Shown here: positions 8,679 to 18,426 of the stretch, piece after piece
How positions within the stretch are numbered: position 1 is the stretch's first letter
Layout: each line of letters starts with the position of its first letter
IMG/VR virus record: IMGVR_UViG_3300037461_001731
Location: 4,355 to 68,354 of that record
Reading direction: 5' to 3' (one strand)
Source of the DNA: a virus
Taxonomy: Duplodnaviria; Caudoviricetes
DNA: 64,000 bases
Program-made: the position numbers and the translations under genes
Notes under the pieces: generated by a model
What the model was told of the DNA's origin: nothing
The model's database searches: none
Seen by the model: the letters and a program-made list of their open reading frames with translations, nothing else

Positions 8679-10886
8679 TTGTTTTTTTCTAATTTAAAAA
8701 TCCCTACAACTTATGTTTTGATTGATACACCAAGAAAGCTTTCTTGGTTGTATGATACTTTAGTTAATTTAAAGACGGGGGTGTTTTCCTTTGACATAGA
8801 AACAACAGACGCTACTGTTAAATCTGCCGAAAAGATTAGGGGCTACAAAAAAACAGCTAAAATAAATGTTGCCGGTGTCTCGTTTGCGTGGGGGCGAGAT
8901 AAGGAAGAGCTTGTATGGAAACCTGGTAATGCGGCTTACGTACCTTTAATAGATTCTAATGATGGTTATTTTTGGAAGGGGCGTCATACAAATGTTATCG
9001 ATTGTCTAAAGCAGATTTTTTCTCTTGGTCATTTAAAAGTTGCACACAATGGAAAATTTGATACTTCAAGATTGTTAAAATATTTAGGAATTGAAGTTGT
9101 AAACTTTTTATTTGATACAATGCTTGCACATTGTTTAATTGATGAAGAGCGAATTGAGTGCTCGCATGCATTGAAATCAAGTTTTGACGAAAGGGGAAAT
9201 ATTATAAAAAAAGGGTTAGTTGATGTTTTTTTAGATCTTTCTGGTTCTGATTTTAAAAAAGATTTAGATCCTGCTTTGGATTTTTACGATCCCGGCTATA
9301 GAAGGTTTCACAAAGTTCCATTGGACATTCTTTATCCCTATGGTTGTGCCGACTCTGATTTTACTCTTTCATTGTATTTTATTTTTAAAAGGTTACTAGA
9401 GAAGGAAGGCTTGATTTGGGCGTTTAATAATATTGTTATGCCTTTACAGGAAGCTATTAAGCAGTTAGAAATGCATGGGTGCCCTTTAAATATTGAAAAA
9501 GCTAGAACAGTAGAAAAAGAGCAGTTATCGATTATGTTAGAAGAGGAGAAGAAAATACATGAGTTAGCTGGGAGAGAGTTTTTAGTTTCCTCGTCTGAAC
9601 AATTGGGTGTTATTATTTTTGATGAGTTAGGTTTTGCACTTCAAGGAAAGCGAAACAAAAGAGGGTGGGTGGTCGATTCTGATATTTTGAAGAATATTGA
9701 TCATCCTATAGTTGAGCATGTTTTTAAGTACAGAAGAGCCTCTAAGATAAATAGTACTTATGTTACTGCAGCTTTAGAGCGAATGGAGGAGGTCACAGGT
9801 GGCGGAAAGATCGGCTGGGTTCATCCAGACATCTTTTTAGATTCTTTAACCGGGCGGTTGAAGTGTAGAGATCCTAATCTTACTAATCTTCCTAGAAAGG
9901 AGAATGACGGGGATATTGTTAAGTCTATTTGGGAATGCGAAGATGACTATGTATTTATTTTTAAAGATTTTTCACAAATGGAGCTTAGGTGCCTTGCACA
10001 TTGTTCTTTGGAGCCTTCATGGGTAGAAGGTTTTAATTTAGGTCATGATATGCACTCTGCTATGGCTTTAAAAATTTTTAATTTAGATTGTGAAGTAGCA
10101 GAGGTAGAAAAACTTTATAAAACAGAGAGATCCCGGGCTAAAACTATTAATTTTTCTATTGCTTATGGGAAAACTATTCAGTCCTTAGCACAAACTCTTG
10201 GTATGACTTATGAAGAAGCAGAAAAGTTTATTGTAGAAGATTATTTTGGTGCCGCACCTGTTTTGAAAAATTGGGTGGATTCTGTCCATGAGTTCGCTAA
10301 AAAAAATTTGCATGTTTATAATATTTTTGGAAGAATTAGGCATCTACCTGATGCAGGCTTGGACATTCCAAATTACGTAAAATGGCCAGAAAAAAGTGAA
10401 ACACCGGAGTGTTACAGGCTAACAGCTTCTCCTGAGGCGTTAGGTATTAATAATGATGACATCTTTGAAGTAGATGAGTCTAAACTTAAGCAGCAGCTTA
10501 GTGTAAAGAAACTGCATGGGTTTAAAAAATGTGTTTCGTGTAAATATCTAAGAAGCTGTTTTATTAATGGAAGAATAAGGCATTTAGTAGGTAGACGGAA
10601 TCAAGCATTAAGGCAGTCAGTAAATTCCATCATTCAAGGAACTGCTGCAGATATGTCGTCATTGGCGTTGATTAATATTACAAGATGTATGCATCAACAT
10701 AAAGTTCGCTCTAAACCAGTTTTATACATTCATGACGAAATTGGTTGTTATACACATAAAGATGATGTGGAAAAAGCCGAAAAGATTATGGAATATTGTA
10801 TGACAGAGCGGCTTAGAAAGATTACAAATTTTGCCGTTCCTATTGTCACAGATACAAAAATTGTAAAATGTTGGGGCGATAAGTGA
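8679..10886 (+). CDS. polA: family A DNA polymerase with 3'-5' exonuclease
   Basis: ExoI FDIET, ExoII HNGKFD, ExoIII YGCAD, motif A DFSQMELR, motif B RAKTINFSIAYG, motif C IHDE; TTG start after GGAGG. Confidence 0.95.
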   Translation: MFFSNLKIPTTYVLIDTPRKLSWLYDTLVNLKTGVFSFDIETTDATVKSAEKIRGYKKTAKINVAGVSFAWGRDKEELVWKPGNAAYVPLIDSNDGYFWKGRHTNVIDCLKQIFSLGHLKVAHNGKFDTSRLLKYLGIEVVNFLFDTMLAHCLIDEERIECSHALKSSFDERGNIIKKGLVDVFLDLSGSDFKKDLDPALDFYDPGYRRFHKVPLDILYPYGCADSDFTLSLYFIFKRLLEKEGLIWAFNNIVMPLQEAIKQLEMHGCPLNIEKARTVEKEQLSIMLEEEKKIHELAGREFLVSSSEQLGVIIFDELGFALQGKRNKRGWVVDSDILKNIDHPIVEHVFKYRRASKINSTYVTAALERMEEVTGGGKIGWVHPDIFLDSLTGRLKCRDPNLTNLPRKENDGDIVKSIWECEDDYVFIFKDFSQMELRCLAHCSLEPSWVEGFNLGHDMHSAMALKIFNLDCEVAEVEKLYKTERSRAKTINFSIAYGKTIQSLAQTLGMTYEEAEKFIVEDYFGAAPVLKNWVDSVHEFAKKNLHVYNIFGRIRHLPDAGLDIPNYVKWPEKSETPECYRLTASPEALGINNDDIFEVDESKLKQQLSVKKLHGFKKCVSCKYLRSCFINGRIRHLVGRRNQALRQSVNSIIQGTAADMSSLALINITRCMHQHKVRSKPVLYIHDEIGCYTHKDDVEKAEKIMEYCMTERLRKITNFAVPIVTDTKIVKCWGDK

Positions 10887-10998
10887 TTTTTTTGTTGCTT
10901 TTCTTTTTTTTGTTTGTTATATTCATATTAGATAGGCTCTTTGAGCAAGGGTATAAAGAACAAAAAGTTTAAATAACTTTTATTTGTAAGGAGTTTTT

Positions 10999-11202
10999 AT
11001 GTCACAGACAGAAATACAATTGTTTTTGGGCGGATTGGGTTTTTATAAAAAGTTTAATGCGTTGGATGAATTTCGTCATAGCGAGACTTCATTTCACGAT
11101 CTTGTGTATGAGTATGCTGACGCTATTGGATTTGATATAGATGATGAGGATGTGGATTATCTTGTTGACCTTTTGTCTTCTGATAATGGATTTCTTTGCT
11201 AA
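10999..11202 (+). CDS. small acidic hypothetical protein
   Basis: 67-aa ORF with AAGGAG RBS. Confidence 0.55.
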   Translation: MSQTEIQLFLGGLGFYKKFNALDEFRHSETSFHDLVYEYADAIGFDIDDEDVDYLVDLLSSDNGFLC

Positions 11203-12308
11203 CAATGTATGTACCTTTGTCTTTAAAGTATCGACCAAAGAAGTTTTCTGAAGTTTTTGGGCAGGATGTTACAAAAACTATTTTTATAAATTCTATTTTA
11301 TTTGATAGAGAAATAAAGTCTATGTTTTTGACAGGGGCTAAGGGTACTGGAAAAACTACATTAGCAAGAATATACGGAAAAGCTTTAAACTGTAAAAATT
11401 TTAAAGAAAATGAAGACTTATGCATGAAGTGCCCTTCTTGTTTAGAAGAGAATCATCCGGATATTGTTGAACTAGATTCTGCGTCTAATAATGGTGTAGA
11501 TTTCGTTAGAGATGAATTAGGTTCTTTTGTTTTTCAAGCACCTTTTTATAAGAGAAAAGTTATAATTTTGGATGAGGTTCATATGATGTCTGTTCAAGCT
11601 CAGGCTTCTTTTTTGAAGTTACTTGAAGAGCCTCCTAAAAATGTAACTTTTATTTTAGTTACTACTAATCCTGAAAAAATTACAGATACTATAAGGTCCA
11701 GATGTTTAAGTATGCCTTTAGTTCCTTTAAGCAACAATAACATAGAGGATAATATAAAATTTATTTTAGAAAAAGAAAAGGTTGAATACTGTGAAGACAT
11801 TTTTTCTAATATTTGTTTATATAGTAAAGGGTCTTTAAGGGACGCACAACAAATGTTGGATAGGCTCTTGCTGTTTAAAGATGGTAATAAAATATCATTT
11901 TCTAATGTTGAGAATATTCTAGATATTATATCAGTAAATCAATATATGAGGTTAGCTGGAGCGCTATGCAGCAAAGATTTCAATAAAATGATTAAGGTTT
12001 TGGATAAATGGTATGAGAAAGGGGTTGACTTAGATCTTTTATTTTTTGAAGGTGTTCCTAATTTAATTAGAGATTTTAGTATATTTTTATCAGGAGCTTA
12101 TTGTGAAAGTACTTTTATGTATACTGGAATTTCTTTGAGTCTAATGGAAAAGAAACAAAATGAAAATTTAATGTTGACTTTTGAAGAGGTTAATGCCATA
12201 TTAAAAATATGGGAAGAGTACTACGATATAGTAAAGAGTTCTGGAAATGTAAAAATTGGCTGGTATTTGTTTTTTATGCGAGTTTCTGAGCTTCTTGTTG
12301 GGAAGTGA
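11196..12308 (+). CDS. dnaX: DNA polymerase III gamma/tau-like clamp loader
   Basis: KYRPKKFSEVFGQ, GAKGTGKTT, Zn motif, DEVHMM, LLKLLEEPP variant, TIRSRC. Confidence 0.92.
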   Translation: MLTMYVPLSLKYRPKKFSEVFGQDVTKTIFINSILFDREIKSMFLTGAKGTGKTTLARIYGKALNCKNFKENEDLCMKCPSCLEENHPDIVELDSASNNGVDFVRDELGSFVFQAPFYKRKVIILDEVHMMSVQAQASFLKLLEEPPKNVTFILVTTNPEKITDTIRSRCLSMPLVPLSNNNIEDNIKFILEKEKVEYCEDIFSNICLYSKGSLRDAQQMLDRLLLFKDGNKISFSNVENILDIISVNQYMRLAGALCSKDFNKMIKVLDKWYEKGVDLDLLFFEGVPNLIRDFSIFLSGAYCESTFMYTGISLSLMEKKQNENLMLTFEEVNAILKIWEEYYDIVKSSGNVKIGWYLFFMRVSELLVGK

Positions 12309-12997
12309 GGTTTATTTTGGGTTATATGAAATTATACGTAGAAAAATTTAAAGACGGCAACTGGCACAAAGTCGGGAGGGTTTTTAGAGATCCTTTCATA
12401 GGTCAATATGTAGATCAACCTTTTTCTTGGCCAAAGTTAGAATTATATTCTATTTTTGCCGATGTAGAGAATCGATTTGGGATTGAACCTATTTCACAAC
12501 CTAGAGGGTTTCCTGAAGATGTGTCAGAAGAAGTTAATTTACTTTATCTTAGTAAGAATATTAACGTTTTTCCTAGTTATCTTGTATTGGACGAAGTTGT
12601 TGACTATAATTTTTATAGAACTTTTAATACTACGGCATATATTTCTCTGTTTGATTATCCAAATTATTTAACAAAAGGGGTACCGGACTTTTGGTATACT
12701 AATGTTAAGGTTGTTGATAGTAACTTCACCAAGCTAATAGATTGTGATATTGCTAGTATTTTGTATAATTTAAATATTATTGAACCTTTAAAGAAAATAG
12801 TTAATAGGTATGGTGAAGTTCCCGCTGCTGTTTTTCCAACATTTTATGTTAAGGTTACTTGGTCAGATTCATTGATTAATAGGCTTGGTGAAGATTTTTT
12901 TGATATGTTAGATCAACTAAAATTAATTTCCGATAGAAAAGATTTTTCTGATGTAAGATTGGTTTTTTGGTTTACAGTATCTACAGTACTTGACTAA
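12305..12997 (+). CDS. conserved phage hypothetical protein
   Basis: IFADVENRFGIEPISQPRGFPED pattern recalled from phage hypothetical proteins. Confidence 0.55.
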   Translation: MRFILGYMKLYVEKFKDGNWHKVGRVFRDPFIGQYVDQPFSWPKLELYSIFADVENRFGIEPISQPRGFPEDVSEEVNLLYLSKNINVFPSYLVLDEVVDYNFYRTFNTTAYISLFDYPNYLTKGVPDFWYTNVKVVDSNFTKLIDCDIASILYNLNIIEPLKKIVNRYGEVPAAVFPTFYVKVTWSDSLINRLGEDFFDMLDQLKLISDRKDFSDVRLVFWFTVSTVLD

Positions 12998-13032
12998 AAT
13001 CAATTGTATAGTTTTTGGTTTTGGAGGAGACT

Positions 13033-13446
13033 ATGAAATTTAATATAGTTTTTGATTTAAATGATAAAAAAGATTTAGTACAATTGGAAATGAATGGTGT
13101 TTTTGGGTATGCGTTAATTAAAAATGGTTATACCTTTTTCTTTCCCAAAAGTTTTTTTGAGGTAAATACTCAACAAAAAGTTCCTGACATTGATGTTTTG
13201 GAACAGGCTAAGTTCTTAATCAATCTAAATTTTGATAATACTGAGGCTTTTTCTTCTTGGGAAAAAGGGTTTTTGACTTCTATTAAAAATAAGTTAGATA
13301 ATAACTATCCACTTACGGATAAACAGAAAAGTACAGTTATTAGTTTGTATGGGAGGCGGACGAACGATTCTTCAGAAGTATTGGAGACTAAAATAAATGG
13401 ACCTATTGGGGTTTTTAACGGCGTAGAAGACGAAGTTCCGTTTTGA
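13033..13446 (+). CDS. hypothetical protein with acidic EDEVPF tail
   Basis: ATG 13033 after GGAGGA; WEKGFLTS...LTDKQ motif. Confidence 0.6.
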   Translation: MKFNIVFDLNDKKDLVQLEMNGVFGYALIKNGYTFFFPKSFFEVNTQQKVPDIDVLEQAKFLINLNFDNTEAFSSWEKGFLTSIKNKLDNNYPLTDKQKSTVISLYGRRTNDSSEVLETKINGPIGVFNGVEDEVPF

Positions 13447-13576
13447 GGGGGGTATAATTCTGAAAATAGTGATAGTGTTATAGATGTTAGAGTTTCGGAT
13501 AAAGAAATAACGGAAGAAGAGGCTGTACGTTTTTTTGGTTATAATAGTGTTTTTGATTTAGACGGAGGAATAATTA

Positions 13577-14101
13577 ATGTACGTTGTTGGTAAAAAAGGC
13601 GATCAATGGTCAATTGACGAAGGTTTACGTGAAAAGGCTAAACAAATTATAGAGGAAAATTCTGAATTATTTAACCATATTAACTTAGATCAAGTTATTT
13701 TTTTGAGAATGCTTGGTGGGCACAAGCTAAAATGGCTTGGAAAGTGTTATTTTATAGGAGCTATTCCCTTGACAATCATTCCCAAGTATGTTACGATGAA
13801 ACTACGAGAGTTTGGTTTGTTAAATTTGGCTAATGTGTCTGCAGTAGATCTAGATATTTTTGATATTAGATTTGTTATTGTTATTAATAACGACCTAGTT
13901 TTAATGCGGGGTAGTGCCCCAGAGCAGTTGGAAGAAGCTACTTTAATGCATGAGTTATTGCATATACACCCTGATGGGGAAAAGTTAGTAAAGCATGACC
14001 TTGAGGATTTTGTAAGCTTGATCGATAAGTTTGGCACTAGATGGGATGAAGGTATTTTTGCGGGGTCTGGTTTGGCAGAAATTGAGGTTGATGAAACATG
14101 A
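13577..14101 (+). CDS. putative phage metallopeptidase
   Basis: LMHELLH followed by VKHDLEDF. Confidence 0.7.
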   Translation: MYVVGKKGDQWSIDEGLREKAKQIIEENSELFNHINLDQVIFLRMLGGHKLKWLGKCYFIGAIPLTIIPKYVTMKLREFGLLNLANVSAVDLDIFDIRFVIVINNDLVLMRGSAPEQLEEATLMHELLHIHPDGEKLVKHDLEDFVSLIDKFGTRWDEGIFAGSGLAEIEVDET

Positions 14102-14745
14102 GTTTTAAGGTATCAATTAAAGATGGTCGAGTAAGTATTTTATGTAACGATATTGTGGAGGAAACTGATATTGAAGAGCTGTTAGGATTTGATGAATCTC
14201 AAATAGAAGATTTATATTATACGCATGCTGCAATTCAAGCAAGGTGGGAGCAGATTGCTATAAATCTAAAACATGATTTTGATTTATTTGTAGAAGAGTT
14301 TGAGAAGAAGTGGTGGGCACATAATAAAAGGTTTGCGAAATTAGTACTGTTAAGCTATGGAGATACGAAACCAACTATTGATTTGGTAAAAGATACAACT
14401 ATTATGATTTATTCGAGGGATACTTCTGATTTTGAGCGTAAGAAGTATGCGAAACTAGCATTTTCTTCAGCATCTAAGAAAGGGTCTTTATGGGTTGGTG
14501 TTAGTGAAGATGAATTTTTGGAAGAAATGTTTAAGTTTATAAATTCAGAGCCCGCTTGGTGGTATGAAACTGTTTTGGAAGTATCTAAAAATATGGAAAA
14601 AAATTATTTAACAGTGCAGAATATAGCTAAAAGGCTAGATTCGAGAAGTTATCATATGAAAGAAGTGAAAGATTTGACTATGGCGAAAAGGTCTAATATT
14701 GGACCATTTTTTGAGAGAAAGTTATCTGGAACGTCAACTTTTTAA
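14098..14745 (+). CDS. hypothetical helical protein, possibly a recombination mediator
   Basis: Immediately upstream of the SSB-like gene and recA; function inferred from position only. Confidence 0.4.
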   Translation: MSFKVSIKDGRVSILCNDIVEETDIEELLGFDESQIEDLYYTHAAIQARWEQIAINLKHDFDLFVEEFEKKWWAHNKRFAKLVLLSYGDTKPTIDLVKDTTIMIYSRDTSDFERKKYAKLAFSSASKKGSLWVGVSEDEFLEEMFKFINSEPAWWYETVLEVSKNMEKNYLTVQNIAKRLDSRSYHMKEVKDLTMAKRSNIGPFFERKLSGTSTF

Positions 14746-14760
14746 AAACGGAGGATTTTT

Positions 14761-16047
14761 ATGAAATTGGTTATGAACATGCCTGGGGTAGAAAAAACTA
14801 CAAATGCAAATAATCAGGCTACACAGAGCGTATTTTACAAACCTTTGCCGGACAAGGCTGGTCAAAAAGTTACAAATGAAGTATTTATTTCATTGTATCG
14901 CCCGGATAAGTGGAAAATTTTTAACTTGGATGAAGATACTAGGAAAAGGTTTGGTTTATATGATTACAACCCTTTGACTGCTAGTAATCTTGATACTATT
15001 TATACATTTTTTTTCAACGTACCTTTGCATTATGTTAAAAATTATTTGAGACCTGATGGGTCTGTTTCTACCATATCTATGCTATGTCCTATTAAATTTA
15101 ATAAGTACCTTATGAATGATATGGGTAGAAAGCCTTTGTTTAGAGAACCTCGATGTGCATACTGTGAGCTAGAGCAAGCTTATTGGGCTAAATACAATGA
15201 TCGGTGGTCGGAACTGGCGGAGATTACTGGAGTTGAAAAAGCTAAGCTTACTAAGGAAGGCTATAAGGAGTTGAGTGAAAAAGACGTTATTTTGAAAAAA
15301 TCAAAAGCAAAAGCTAAGGAATATAAGTCTTCTGAACGTTGCTTGTTGAACGTCTTTGATTACGACAAGTACACTGGGTCCAGACCTTTAGATGAGAATG
15401 AAAGTCTACAATATAAATTGTGGTTTTCTCCTCCAAAAGTTCTTGCAGCATTGTGTGAATATCATATTAAAGATACTAAGCCAAACAAGCACGGTATTAA
15501 GACGGAGCCGTTTTATTCGTTCTCAAATCCGAATGGTTTTCAGTTGATGGAGGTGATTAAGGATACCACGGAATGCGTAGGAACTAACCTGATGAGGACT
15601 ACGTACCAGGTAATGAAAGGGTCTGTTGTACCAATTGATCAAGATTGGGTGGATTACTTATGTGATTTGGATAATGCGGTGGATCCAAGTGATTTTTTGG
15701 TTATACTGCCATATGATGAAGCTAAGATGTATGCTCAAAAAGAGTTGGAAAACGATAGTGCGCAGGATATGGTAAGCGCTCAACCTCAAGTTCAGGTGCC
15801 AGCACAAGTTGCTGCCGTGCCTTCTCCGCCAAAACCTAAGTCGCGACCTGCTCCTAAAATGACAATGCCTGTACCGTCTGTAGATACAAATATTGCTGTT
15901 TCTGCATATATTCCTACTGTTAGCGCTCCTGCACCTTCTATTCCTAGTGCTCCTAATTTTTCTAGTATTTGTCCTAAGATACCTAGTATTGATGATAATT
16001 TGCCGGATAGAGGGCAGGAAGAAGGAAATGATGACGTTCCTTGGTGA
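14761..16047 (+). CDS. probable gp32-like single-stranded DNA-binding protein
   Basis: CP...CAYC zinc ligands, Pro/Ala linker, acidic DDVPW C-terminus, directly upstream of recA. Confidence 0.55.
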   Translation: MKLVMNMPGVEKTTNANNQATQSVFYKPLPDKAGQKVTNEVFISLYRPDKWKIFNLDEDTRKRFGLYDYNPLTASNLDTIYTFFFNVPLHYVKNYLRPDGSVSTISMLCPIKFNKYLMNDMGRKPLFREPRCAYCELEQAYWAKYNDRWSELAEITGVEKAKLTKEGYKELSEKDVILKKSKAKAKEYKSSERCLLNVFDYDKYTGSRPLDENESLQYKLWFSPPKVLAALCEYHIKDTKPNKHGIKTEPFYSFSNPNGFQLMEVIKDTTECVGTNLMRTTYQVMKGSVVPIDQDWVDYLCDLDNAVDPSDFLVILPYDEAKMYAQKELENDSAQDMVSAQPQVQVPAQVAAVPSPPKPKSRPAPKMTMPVPSVDTNIAVSAYIPTVSAPAPSIPSAPNFSSICPKIPSIDDNLPDRGQEEGNDDVPW

Positions 16048-16057
16048 GGAATAAATT

Positions 16058-17104
16058 ATGGCTAGACTTAAAAAAACCCAAAATAAAGAAGAGGTTGTAG
16101 GTCAAGATGGTGATAGACTTAGCAAGATTTTGTCAGCATTTGATAAAAAATCAAAAGACATTAGCGATGTTATCGTATTTAGTGAGGATACTGTTTTTAA
16201 CAATATTCCTGTGATTCCATCGGGTATTTTATCATTAGATAAAGCTCTAGGTATAGGCGGATTTCCTCAAGGTAGAATTGTAGAGATTTTTGGATTAGAG
16301 TCTAGTGGAAAATCAAGTATATGTTTGCAGACTATTGCATCGGCTCAAAAGCAGGGAGGGCTATGTGCTTATGTAGATGTTGAGCACGCTTTTGATGCTT
16401 CTTACGCAAGAGATTTGGGGATAAACTTGTCAAAATTGCTATTCGTGCAGCCGGATAGTGGCGAGCAAGCGCTTAACACGGTGGAGCGGTTAATAGAGAA
16501 CATGAGGGGCGGGGATCTTATTGTAGTTGATTCTATTGCAGCGTTGGTTCCTCAAGCAGAGTTAGATGGTGAGATGAACGACCAACAAATAGGATTACAG
16601 GCTAGGCTGTTGTCTAAGGCAATGCGCAAGCTTGCTGGAATAATTTCTAAATCTGGAGTGTGCTTGATTTTTGTTAATCAGTTGCGTCAAAAAGTTGGAG
16701 TATTTTTTGGTAATAATGAAGTTACTACTGGAGGGAATTCATTAAAGTATTATTCATCTATTAGGCTAGATGTTAGGAAAGGGGCGTTGATAAAAAAGAA
16801 TGAAGTTCCTGTAGGAAATAAAATTAGAATAAAAGTTGTTAAAAATAAATTAGCAACCCCTTTTTCAGAGGTTGAAACAGACCTTATATATGGAAAAGCT
16901 ATCCCTAGAGAATTGGATATTTTGATTTTGGCTTTGGACCAGAATATTATACAAAAAAGTGGGTCTTGGTTAATGTACGATGGTAAAAATATCGGTCAGG
17001 GGGAGCATAATGTTTATCAATATATGGTTAGTACTCCTGAATTCGTTGACGAGTTAGAGGCTAAGCTGAAAGAAACAATTTTTAAAAAACCAGAAGGTTA
17101 CTGA
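16058..17104 (+). CDS. recA: RecA recombinase
   Basis: GRIVEIFGLESSGKS, IVVDSIAAL, QARLLSKAMRKL, GGNSLKYYSSIRLD. Confidence 0.97.
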   Translation: MARLKKTQNKEEVVGQDGDRLSKILSAFDKKSKDISDVIVFSEDTVFNNIPVIPSGILSLDKALGIGGFPQGRIVEIFGLESSGKSSICLQTIASAQKQGGLCAYVDVEHAFDASYARDLGINLSKLLFVQPDSGEQALNTVERLIENMRGGDLIVVDSIAALVPQAELDGEMNDQQIGLQARLLSKAMRKLAGIISKSGVCLIFVNQLRQKVGVFFGNNEVTTGGNSLKYYSSIRLDVRKGALIKKNEVPVGNKIRIKVVKNKLATPFSEVETDLIYGKAIPRELDILILALDQNIIQKSGSWLMYDGKNIGQGEHNVYQYMVSTPEFVDELEAKLKETIFKKPEGY

Positions 17105-17110
17105 TTTAGT

Positions 17111-18229
17111 ATGGATGCTGTAAAATTTATAATGTGGGCTGATACACATTGGGATAAATTAGGCGCTAAGTGTGTTACATTAGAGGATACTTTTTTAGCA
17201 GAAAAGGCTATATTCGAGAGAGCGGTTAGCGGTTATTTTGATTTTACACTATTTGCAGGAGATCGCTTTTTGAAGCGTGAGCCTGATGACGAGACTAAAA
17301 TAAGGGCTGATTCTGTTATTTTTGATTATGTGAATGGTGGCGATATTCCACATTATCATCTAATAGGTAACCATGATTGGGTGGATAACACAAGAAGATG
17401 GCATACTTCAGAGTCATTAAAAAGGTTTTGTAAGAATATTTATGTTATGGACCAAAGTATGACTTATTTTGGAAACAAAATAGCCGTTCATGCTCTTCCC
17501 GCTGATTTTCAGTTTGATTTTAGTAATTATGAGATTGATAAAAACCGGCTTAATATTTTTGTATTTCATGATTCTGTGAAGGGTTGTTATCTTTCAGAAG
17601 ACAGGTCTATAAAGTATGAAGGTGGAGTGAATTTGTCAACATTTGATCGTTCGGAATTTGATCTTGTTGTTGCGGGGGATATACACATTAGACAAGATTT
17701 TAATTTTAAGCACACCATTGGCGGATATTTGGGTTCGTTAGTACAGAGGACTAGGGCTGATTCTAATGCTGAGAGGGGGTGGACTGAGGTTACCGCACAT
17801 AGGAAACAAAGAAGTTCAAAATGGGAATTTGATTTTAAGTTTGTCCCAACTAAAAATTTATTTTCTAAAGTTTTTTTTGTTGTTGATGATAATTCTAAAA
17901 TAGAGGATTTTGAATTAGATTGGTGTAGTTTTAAAGATCAATTTTTAGAGATTAGGTTAGTAGGAAATAAAAAAAATGTGGATAGAATTTCTAATTCTGA
18001 TTATTGGCGGGATAAAAAAGTAGAGTATAGTTTAAGAAATTTGGAGGTTGTTAGGGCTTATGATTCTATCCTTAATAAGGAGAATAGTATTGTTGTAGAA
18101 TTAAGTAATAGTAATAATATTTTAGAAGATTTGAAATTGTATGTGAAAAGTAATTTTTCCAGTTTAGGTACAGTAAACTATGAAAAAGTTTATGAAATAG
18201 TTAAAGTGTTGGAATTAGAAAAATATTAG
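17111..18229 (+). CDS. sbcD: SbcD/Mre11-like nuclease
   Basis: ADTH, AGD, GNHD, GDIH metallophosphoesterase motifs next to an SbcC-like gene. Confidence 0.85.
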   Translation: MDAVKFIMWADTHWDKLGAKCVTLEDTFLAEKAIFERAVSGYFDFTLFAGDRFLKREPDDETKIRADSVIFDYVNGGDIPHYHLIGNHDWVDNTRRWHTSESLKRFCKNIYVMDQSMTYFGNKIAVHALPADFQFDFSNYEIDKNRLNIFVFHDSVKGCYLSEDRSIKYEGGVNLSTFDRSEFDLVVAGDIHIRQDFNFKHTIGGYLGSLVQRTRADSNAERGWTEVTAHRKQRSSKWEFDFKFVPTKNLFSKVFFVVDDNSKIEDFELDWCSFKDQFLEIRLVGNKKNVDRISNSDYWRDKKVEYSLRNLEVVRAYDSILNKENSIVVELSNSNNILEDLKLYVKSNFSSLGTVNYEKVYEIVKVLELEKY

Positions 18230-18238
18230 GAGGTATAG

Positions 18239-18406
18239 ATGAAACTGGTAAATTATCGTTGTGACAAGTGTCTGAAAGACTCTGAGGAGTTGTTTAACCG
18301 TGATGACGAAATTCCTGAATGTTTGGAAGAAAAATGTTCTTGTGGCGGGGAATTTAAAAAATGGAATCTAAAAAATAATGTGCAAGTTTGGCGGTATTTG
18401 AGCTAA
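18239..18406 (+). CDS. FmdB-like zinc-ribbon protein (55 aa, not in the ORF track)
   Basis: GGAGG RBS then MKLVNYRCDKC...KCSCGG, translated by hand. Confidence 0.7.
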   Translation: MKLVNYRCDKCLKDSEELFNRDDEIPECLEEKCSCGGEFKKWNLKNNVQVWRYLS

Positions 18407-18426
18407 TTCTCACAAATAGGTACATA

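Noticed and set aside
10329-10586. Intein or intron in polA
   Set aside because: The insert has no Cys/Ser start or His-Asn end, is in frame, and is too short for a group I intron.
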